Shown in pieces: positions 58,126 to 64,000 of a DNA stretch of 64,000 bases (the first letter of the stretch is position 1; each line of letters starts with the position of its first letter). The stretch covers positions 19,541 through 83,540 of the forward strand of contig QGVF02000010.1 in the NCBI GenBank assembly GCA_003242705.2, read 5' to 3'. A program made the translations under genes and the position numbers. Below the pieces are notes generated by a model. It saw only the letters and a program-made list of their open reading frames with translations, made no database searches and was not told the DNA's origin. This DNA comes from Acidobacteriota bacterium (lineage in GTDB: Bacteria; Acidobacteriota; Vicinamibacteria; Vicinamibacterales; SCN-69-37).

Positions 58126-58977
58126 TCAGCTTCGGGGCGCGGTCACTCGAGACGTCCGGCGTCCTGACGTGGTCCCGCCGCGTGGCGTCGCGCCCGACGG
58201 AGCGCCGAAGGCTGGCGGCGGTGTGCCGAACACGTAGTGCCACGTCCTGATGAAGTGGACGCGCATCAGTCGCTGGGCCGCAGCGGGACGACGGGCGGCG
58301 ACGGCTTCGGCGATGTCGCTGTGCAGATCGACCAGGGCGCGGAGCTCGTCGGGCGTGCGCCGGCTGTGCAGGCCGGCCCGGATCGCGCCGTCGAGCGACT
58401 GCCGGATGGCCGCGCCGAGCACGGCGAACAGCGGGTTGCCGCTGGCGCGGCCGATGATGTCGTGAAAGCGGATGTCGGCATCGACGAATGGGGCACGCGT
58501 CCGGCCTGCGCGCCGCATGTCGTCGACGGCGGCCCGCAGGGCCTCGACGTCGGCGTCGGTCCGGTGGCGTGCCGCGAGCGCGACGGTCTCGATTTCGAGC
58601 GCGGCCCTGACGTCGAGCACCTGGGGCTGCTCGAGCTGTTCGGTCGAGAGCCCATGTTCGAGGAACCGCGCGACGATCCGGCCGTCGAGCGAGCCGACGC
58701 GCGGCGCGCGTCCGTTCGCAATGTGGAGCACACCGGTCGAGGCGAGCGACCGCAGCGCCTCGCGCACGACGCCGCGGCTGACCGCGAGCTCACGCGCCAG
58801 GCGCAGCTCCGACGGCAGCGGGTCGCCCGACCGGAGCCGGTTCCGGCGGATGTAGTCGACGAGATGATTGGCGACCCGGTCGGCCGTCGTCACCTCGCGC
58901 GAAGGCGACGGACGAGCCGGCGTCCTGCGGGCACGCGCACGGGGACGGGGCGCACGGGAGGGGGAGCGCTCAGTCAT
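58126..58977 (-). CDS. GntR family transcriptional regulator (FadR/FCD subfamily)
   Basis: LPSELRLARELAVSRGVVREALRSL winged-helix plus an FCD-like helical domain. ATG at 58975-58977. Confidence 0.85.
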   Translation of the reverse strand: MTERSPSRAPRPRARARRTPARPSPSREVTTADRVANHLVDYIRRNRLRSGDPLPSELRLARELAVSRGVVREALRSLASTGVLHIANGRAPRVGSLDGRIVARFLEHGLSTEQLEQPQVLDVRAALEIETVALAARHRTDADVEALRAAVDDMRRAGRTRAPFVDADIRFHDIIGRASGNPLFAVLGAAIRQSLDGAIRAGLHSRRTPDELRALVDLHSDIAEAVAARRPAAAQRLMRVHFIRTWHYVFGTPPPAFGAPSGATPRGGTTSGRRTSRVTAPRS

Positions 58978-59064
58978 GAAAGATCCGGTGCAGAAGGCGT
59001 CGACAGGGACAGGCCGGACGATCATAAGAGATACACGCGTGATGCGCGTGTGACATTCCGGCAG

Positions 59065-59093
59065 TTGCCAAGACGCGTCGCACGTGCGATAAT
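59065..59093 (+). promoter_or_regulatory. near-consensus sigma-70-type promoter for the tRNA-Val/tRNA-Asp pair
   Basis: TTGCCA, a 17-nt spacer, then GATAAT, ending 16 nt before tRNA-Val. Confidence 0.6.
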
Positions 59094-59109
59094 TACGGCT
59101 TGCCGGTCG

Positions 59110-59184
59110 GGGCGGTTAGCTCAGCGGTAGAGCACCGGCCTTACACGCCGGCTGTCGCAGGTTCGAGTCCTGCACCGCCCACCA
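59110..59184 (+). tRNA. tRNA-Val(TAC), CCA encoded
   Basis: Manual fold: acceptor GGGCGGT/ACCGCCC, D-arm GCTC/GAGC, anticodon stem CCGGC/GCCGG with loop CTTACAC, T-arm GCAGG-TTCGAGT-CCTGC. Confidence 0.92.
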
Positions 59185-59234
59185 TCGCGGTGCAGGCGGA
59201 CGCGACACCAGGTACCGCACCGCACGTTTCGAGC

Positions 59235-59311
59235 GGGGTCGTAGTTCAGTCGGTTAGAACGCTGGCCTGTCACGCCAGAGGTCGCGAGTTCGAGTCTCGT
59301 CGGCCCCGCCA
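59235..59311 (+). tRNA. tRNA-Asp(GTC), CCA encoded
   Basis: Manual fold: acceptor GGGGTCG/CGGCCCC, anticodon stem CTGGC/GCCAG with loop CTGTCAC, T-arm GCGAG-TTCGAGT-CTCGT. Confidence 0.92.
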
Positions 59312-59460
59312 CTCTTCCTCACAGCTCACGTCGCGCCACCTGCAGGGGTGACGTGTCTGTGCGCGCCGGCCCGGCGTCTGGATTCGAATCCGGATGTATC
59401 CGGACGGACGCGACCCGGCCTGCGCGGGCAGAGCTGGTCATCCACCGGTTCAACAGGACT

Positions 59461-59955
59461 TCAGCAGGACCCGTCGCGTACTTCGGCGAGAAACTCGTCG
59501 TAGGCCCGGATGTAATCAGCCGGATCGTAGGGGTGCGACGCGAGCACCAGCAGCTGCGCGTCGGGCGAGTACTGGAACTGCACCGCCCAGATCATGGGCG
59601 GGACGTACAGCCCGAGGCCGGGCGAGTCGAGCTGGACCTTCTCGGCCGTCCGGCCGTCGTCGACGCTTACCTCGACCGAGCCGCGCAGGCACACGAGGAA
59701 CTGCTCGCAGACGCGGTGCGCATGCGCGCCCCGGATCTCGCGGCCCGGCACGTCGAAGACCACGAAGTAGCGGAGCGGCGTGAAAGGGAGATCGTGGCCG
59801 ACCTCGCCGACCGTCAGTCTGCCGCGCGGGTCGTCGTCGACCACCTTCAGGCGGTGCAGCGTCACGCCGCGGACGCCGAGGGGCGTGACACGGGGCCCGT
59901 CGTCCGCGAGCGGACGGATCCGGACCGCCGGACCGTGGGAGGGGCTGGCTGGCAT
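59461..59955 (-). CDS. FdtA/WxcM-type cupin, dTDP-4-oxo-6-deoxy-D-glucose 3,4-oxoisomerase family
   Basis: Collinear with FdtA: RGAHAH...QFLVCLRGSVEVSVDDG...LDSPGLGLYVPPMIW...LVLASHPYDPADYIRAYDEF. Confidence 0.8.
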   Translation of the reverse strand: MPASPSHGPAVRIRPLADDGPRVTPLGVRGVTLHRLKVVDDDPRGRLTVGEVGHDLPFTPLRYFVVFDVPGREIRGAHAHRVCEQFLVCLRGSVEVSVDDGRTAEKVQLDSPGLGLYVPPMIWAVQFQYSPDAQLLVLASHPYDPADYIRAYDEFLAEVRDGSC

Positions 59956-60041
59956 GGCGGGAGCATGCTACCCGGAGGTGCGGCGGCGGGCAACCGGGTT
60001 CCGCGGGGCCGGGGGAGGTCGCGACCGGATAAGATCGGCCC

Positions 60042-61031
60042 GTGTCCCTGAGCCGCATCATCGGCCATTCGCGCGCCATCGAGCTGCTGCGGCGCGCCGT
60101 CGCGCGTGACCGCGTGCCGCAAAGCCTGATCTTTGCCGGTCCGGAAGGGGTGGGGAAGTGCACGATCGCGACAGCCCTCGCCCAGGCGGTCAACTGTCCC
60201 CAGGCGCGTGACGGTGACGCGTGCGGCACCTGCAGCACCTGCCGTCGTATTGCCGCGGGCACGCTCTCGGATGTCGTCGTGCTCGACAAAGGCGACGAGG
60301 CGTCGATCAAGATCGACGCGCTGCGCGAGAGAGTGCTGCAGCCGGTCGGGTACCGCCCGTTCGAGGGGCGCCGGCGCGTCTTCATCATCGATCCGGCCGA
60401 CGAGCTGACCGAGCAGGGGCAGGACGCGCTCCTGAAGACGCTCGAGGAGCCGCCGCCGTCGGCCATTCTCATCCTCGTCACGGCGTATCCGGATCAGCTC
60501 TTCCGCACCATCCAGTCGCGCTGCCGGCGCATCCGCTTCGGACCGCTGTCGCAGGAGGAGGTCGTGCGCGTGCTCACCGAGGTCGAGGGTATCGACCGCG
60601 AACGCGCGGTGCGGCTGGCCGTCGTGTCGGGCGGCAGCGTGGCGCGGGCACTGGCCTCCGATGAAGACGACTTCGTCGGCGACCGGCAGGCCGCCGTTGC
60701 CCTGCTGCACGCGGCGTCGGGGCGTCGCCTGTCGGCAAGGCTGAAGGCGGCCGAGGCGTTCGCCCGGATCGAGAAGAAGCGGCGGGCGCGCGACGCGGGC
60801 TTCGAACGGCTCGCCATCCTGTCGTCGCTGCTGCGCGATCTGATGGTGCTCGGCGCCGGCGGCGGCACCATCTACAACCTCGACCTGCGCGCCGACCTCG
60901 AGAAGCTCACGGGCGACTATCCGATCCAGCGCCTGCTCGACGGCTTCGCGATCGTGCAGCAGGCGCAGGAGTTCATCGACCGCAACGCCAGTCCCAAGCT
61001 CGTGGCCGACTGGCTGGCCGTCCGCCTGTGA
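60042..61031 (+). CDS. holB: DNA polymerase III delta-prime subunit
   Basis: IIGH..A...L......RVPQSLIFAGPEGVGK, the Zn module CPQ..DGDACGTCSTCRRI, LLKTLEEPP and the SRC motif (IQSRCRRIRF). Confidence 0.88.
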   Translation: MSLSRIIGHSRAIELLRRAVARDRVPQSLIFAGPEGVGKCTIATALAQAVNCPQARDGDACGTCSTCRRIAAGTLSDVVVLDKGDEASIKIDALRERVLQPVGYRPFEGRRRVFIIDPADELTEQGQDALLKTLEEPPPSAILILVTAYPDQLFRTIQSRCRRIRFGPLSQEEVVRVLTEVEGIDRERAVRLAVVSGGSVARALASDEDDFVGDRQAAVALLHAASGRRLSARLKAAEAFARIEKKRRARDAGFERLAILSSLLRDLMVLGAGGGTIYNLDLRADLEKLTGDYPIQRLLDGFAIVQQAQEFIDRNASPKLVADWLAVRL

Positions 61032-61927
61032 GCCGCCTGCCACGCATTGCCGTGACGACCGGCGATCCGGCCGGCATCGGGCCCGAGATCGTCGCGGCCG
61101 CGATTGCCGATCCGCGCGTGCGGGCGGTCTGCGAGCCGGTCGTCTACGGACCGTTCGAGCGCGCCGCGATCGAGGCATTTCCGGCCGGCGTGGTGACGGC
61201 CGAGGCGGGGCGCGCCGCGTACGACACGATCGTGGCCGCCGTGCGCGATGCGCTCGACGGGCGCGTCGACGCGATTGCGACGGCGCCGATCAACAAGGCG
61301 TCGTTCCACGCGGCCGGGCTGCCCTGGAAGGGGCACACCGACCTGCTTGCGCACCTGTGCGGCGTGCGCGACGTCGTGATGATGTTCTGGTCGGAGCCGC
61401 TGCGCGTCGTGCTCGCCACGGTCCACATCCCGCTGGCCGACGTGCCGCGCGCCATCACCATCGACTCGCTGCTCACGGTCATGCGCATCACGCACGGATC
61501 GCTGCCGCGCTTCGGCATCCCGCGGCCGCGGCTGGCCGTGGCCGGCGTCAATCCGCACGCCGGCGAGGACGGACTGATGGGGCACGAGGAGATCGATGTC
61601 GTCGTGCCCGCCATCGAGCAGGCGCGCGCCGAGGGCATCGACGTCACCGGTCCCTTTCCTGCCGACACGCTCTTCGTCCGGGCCGCGCGCGGCGAGTTCG
61701 ACGTCGTCGTGGCGGCCTATCACGATCAGGGACTGGTGCCCGTGAAGCTGCTCGCGTTCGGCACGTCGGTGAACGTCACGCTGGGGCTGCCGATCGTCCG
61801 CACGTCGGTCGACCACGGGACGGCGTTCGACATCGCCCGGCAGGGGCGCGCCGACGCCGGGAGCATGGTCGAGGCGATTCTGCTCGCCGCGCGGCTGGCG
61901 CAGGCGCGTCGCGCGCCCGGCGACTGA
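61028..61927 (+). CDS. pdxA: 4-hydroxythreonine-4-phosphate dehydrogenase
   Basis: IAVTTGDPAGIGPEI, GHTDLLA, VAGVNPHAGE, YHDQGL and VRTSVDHGTAFDIA motifs. GTGA overlap with holB. Confidence 0.9.
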   Translation: MSRLPRIAVTTGDPAGIGPEIVAAAIADPRVRAVCEPVVYGPFERAAIEAFPAGVVTAEAGRAAYDTIVAAVRDALDGRVDAIATAPINKASFHAAGLPWKGHTDLLAHLCGVRDVVMMFWSEPLRVVLATVHIPLADVPRAITIDSLLTVMRITHGSLPRFGIPRPRLAVAGVNPHAGEDGLMGHEEIDVVVPAIEQARAEGIDVTGPFPADTLFVRAARGEFDVVVAAYHDQGLVPVKLLAFGTSVNVTLGLPIVRTSVDHGTAFDIARQGRADAGSMVEAILLAARLAQARRAPGD

Positions 61928-63046
61928 CTACTGGCCGGCCGCCTGGCGCGGCAGCGTCACCGTGAAGGTGGTGCGGCCGTCGCCGCTCGCGACCTCGACC
62001 GTGCCGCCGTGCGCCCGCGCGATCGAATCGACGATGAACAGCCCGAGACCCGTGCCGTGTGTCGAGCCGCTGGCGCGGAGGAAGGGCGAGAAGAGCGCCG
62101 CGCGGCGGTCCGGCGGAATCTCGCCGCCGTTCGACACCCGGATCGTCACCGTGTCGGCGCTGCTGCCGTCGATGACGAGCTCCACCGGCTCGTCGGGCTG
62201 CCCGTGCTGCAGCGCGTTGCCGACGAGGTTCCAGATGATCTGCAGCAGCCGGTCGCCGTCCCAGCGGCCTCGCGTATCACCCGTCACCGTCAGCTCGATC
62301 CGGTTCCGCGACGGCTCGAACTCGAACATGGCCGCGTGGCACAGCTCGCGCAGATCGTTGTCGGCCGGGCGGACCGGCAGCCGGCCCGTGACGCGCGCGT
62401 TGGTGAAGTCGAGCAGCTGCTCGATCAGCCGCGTCATGCGCCGCGACGACGACCGGATGCGCGATGTAATCTGCACCGTCCGCTCGTCGGTGCGGTGAAT
62501 CGTGGCGAGCAGCTCGCTGGCCGTGACGATGGCGCCGAGCGGCGCGCGCAGGTCGTGCGACAGCACGCCAATCAGCAGCTCGGCCGTGCGGATGAGCGCC
62601 TTGTGCTCCTCGACCTGCTCGGCCAGCTGCTGCCGCTGCCGGAACAGTTCGATGAAGACGTTCACCTTGCTCTGCAGCAGGTGGGGATTGATCGGCTTGA
62701 AGAGGAAGTCGACGGCGCCGGCTTCGTAGCCGCGGAAGATGCGGTCGACGGCCGGCGTGGCGGCCGTCACGAAGATGATCGGCACGGCGCGCGTCCGTTC
62801 GGTGCCGCGCATCAGCTCGGCGAGCTCGAAGCCGTCCATGTCGGGCATGTGGACGTCGAGCAGCGCCAGCGCCACGTCGTGTTCGAGCAGCAGTTCGAGC
62901 GCCTCGGGACCGCTCCGCGCGCGCAGGAGCCGCAGGCCGGGCTGCTCGAGCAGGACCTCGAGCACGTCGAGGTTCTCTTCGCGGTCGTCGACGAGCAGGA
63001 CCGACGCTTCCTTGACGGGCGGGCTGGCCACGAGCGTCTCACCCAT
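61928..63046 (-). CDS. hybrid response regulator-histidine kinase (N-terminal REC, then HisKA and HATPase)
   Basis: REC: VLLVDDREENL...LLDVHMPDMDG...LFKPI. H-box LSHDLRAPL. N/G boxes NLVGNALQHG and GTGLGLFIV. The ATG at 63044-63046 overlaps the cheB end. Confidence 0.88.
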   Translation of the reverse strand: MGETLVASPPVKEASVLLVDDREENLDVLEVLLEQPGLRLLRARSGPEALELLLEHDVALALLDVHMPDMDGFELAELMRGTERTRAVPIIFVTAATPAVDRIFRGYEAGAVDFLFKPINPHLLQSKVNVFIELFRQRQQLAEQVEEHKALIRTAELLIGVLSHDLRAPLGAIVTASELLATIHRTDERTVQITSRIRSSSRRMTRLIEQLLDFTNARVTGRLPVRPADNDLRELCHAAMFEFEPSRNRIELTVTGDTRGRWDGDRLLQIIWNLVGNALQHGQPDEPVELVIDGSSADTVTIRVSNGGEIPPDRRAALFSPFLRASGSTHGTGLGLFIVDSIARAHGGTVEVASGDGRTTFTVTLPRQAAGQ

Positions 63047-63641
63047 GGCTGCGTCCCCATGCGGCCAGCGCGTCGCCCATCTCGGCCGGCGCGAGCGCGA
63101 GGTGCGGCGCACGCGCCAGCGCGGCTTCGGGCATGGCCGTCATCTCGGCGGTGTCGGGCCGCTGCACCCAGGTGAGGGCGCCGAAGGCGCGCATGCGCGC
63201 CAGGCCCGCCGCGCCGTCGTCGTTCGCGCCCGACAGCAGGATGCCGAGGGCGCGCTCGCGGCACGTCTCGGCGACCGATTCGAAGAGCACGTCGATCGAC
63301 GGGCGCGAGCGGGCGACCGGCGGATCGGCCGAGAGCGCGGCCGTCGGGCCGTCGTCGACGAGCAGGTGATAGTCCGGGACGGCGGTGTAGACCGTGCCAG
63401 GCTCGAGCGCCATCTTGTCATCCACTTCGACCACCGACAGCGGGCACAGCGACCGGACGAGCGCCGGCAGCGCGCTCGGCACGCCGGGCGGCATGTGCAC
63501 GACGACGACGATCGCGGCAGGCAGGGCCGGCGGGAGCTTCGGCAGCAGTTGCCCGAGCGCCTGCGCGGCGCCGGCCGAGGCCCCGACGGCGACGAGCACC
63601 GGCGGCTGCCGGTGCAGCGCGGCGATCGCCTCAGTCAGCAT
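63039..63641 (-). CDS. cheB: CheB-type protein-glutamate methylesterase, catalytic domain only (no receiver domain)
   Basis: GASAGA (Ser), VVHMPPG (His) and LSGANDDGA (Asp) give the CheB triad. The protein is about 200 aa. The ATG at 63639-63641 overlaps the cheR stop. Confidence 0.8.
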   Translation of the reverse strand: MLTEAIAALHRQPPVLVAVGASAGAAQALGQLLPKLPPALPAAIVVVVHMPPGVPSALPALVRSLCPLSVVEVDDKMALEPGTVYTAVPDYHLLVDDGPTAALSADPPVARSRPSIDVLFESVAETCRERALGILLSGANDDGAAGLARMRAFGALTWVQRPDTAEMTAMPEAALARAPHLALAPAEMGDALAAWGRSHG

Positions 63642-64000
63642 ACGGCACCTTCTGGTAGATGCGGTCCTTCCGGCTGACGGCGCGGAAGCCGCGCGCCCGG
63701 GTGCTGCCTTCGACGCGCTCATGCGATCCGAGCGCGAGAAACCCGTGCATCACGAGTGAGTCGTGGAACAGACCGATCGCCCGATCCTGCAGCCGGCTGT
63801 TGAAGTAGATCAGCACGTTGCGGCACGAGACGAACTGGACCTCGGCGAACACCTGATCGGTGGCCAGGCTGTGGTCCGAAAAGGTCACGCGCGCGCGCAG
63901 CCGGCGGTCGAACGCGGCGTTGCCGTAGGCGGCGGTGTAGTAGTCGGCCAGCGAGCGCGTCCCGCCCGCCTGCTGGTAGTTGCGCGTGAACTGCGCCAGG
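63631..64000 (-). CDS. cheR: CheR-type protein-glutamate O-methyltransferase; 5' part beyond the window
   Basis: The frame is open to 64000. The FVSCRNVLIYFN SAM-MTase block and the C-terminal GFLALGSHE are typical of CheR. Confidence 0.8.
   Translation of the reverse strand, partial: LAQFTRNYQQAGGTRSLADYYTAAYGNAAFDRRLRARVTFSDHSLATDQVFAEVQFVSCRNVLIYFNSRLQDRAIGLFHDSLVMHGFLALGSHERVEGSTRARGFRAVSRKDRIYQKVPYAD

Noticed and set aside
59100-59351. Two 60-83-aa ORFs (both strands) over 59100-59351
   Set aside because: They coincide with tRNA-Val and tRNA-Asp, which fold into canonical cloverleaves. The ORFs are incidental.

Overview
Very GC-rich bacterial chromosomal segment (GC not computed; strong GC3 bias, and many long antisense shadow ORFs in the track). 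The gene content looks Gram-negative, and the VWFA-related protein, GT-C membrane proteins and Tat/lipoprotein exoenzymes resemble Acidobacteriota-type genomes. That taxon call is an inference. I support about 50 CDS and 3 tRNAs. Left to right:
- a partial radical-SAM gene, a VWA protein, gluQ and a PLD/cardiolipin-synthase-like gene;
- a small Cys/His secreted protein plus a TonB-dependent receptor with His/Asp-rich insertions;
- two divergent large polytopic membrane proteins and a PilZ protein;
- the classical gap-pgk-tpiA-secG-tRNA-Leu operon;
- a nine-gene, gap-free Kdo/lipid A/heptose operon (waaA-lpxK-lpxL-waaF-gmhB-hldA-hldC-waaC) ending in an ICMT-family methyltransferase;
- an esterase, a GntR regulator with a MetE-like gene, an amicyanin-like cupredoxin, an amidohydrolase and a LysM-LAS peptidase;
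- a GT39 glycosyltransferase;
- a divergent sugar-acid locus (YjhG-type dehydratase, micro-ORF, Na+/solute symporter, LarA-superfamily enzyme);
- yihY, then GDE-treZ-glgX, a GarD/UxaA-type dehydratase and an SLT-domain protein;
- an octaheme cytochrome-TPR fusion;
- sulfatase, a Cys-free ArsR and SulP;
- a roughly 440-nt orphan region closed by a UUCG-loop terminator;
- a second GntR, tRNA-Val and tRNA-Asp, an orphan FdtA-like cupin, holB and pdxA;
- a cheR-cheB-(REC-HK) module running off the right edge.
I saw no CRISPR array, transposase, integrase, phage gene or recognisable defence system. The most unusual items are the LarA/YjhG sugar-acid locus, the ICMT gene fused into the LPS operon, the His-rich TonB receptor pair, the MCP-less CheR/CheB/kinase module and the orphan structured region at 57.7-58.1 kb. 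All functional calls come from by-eye motif and homology recognition, not from database searches.
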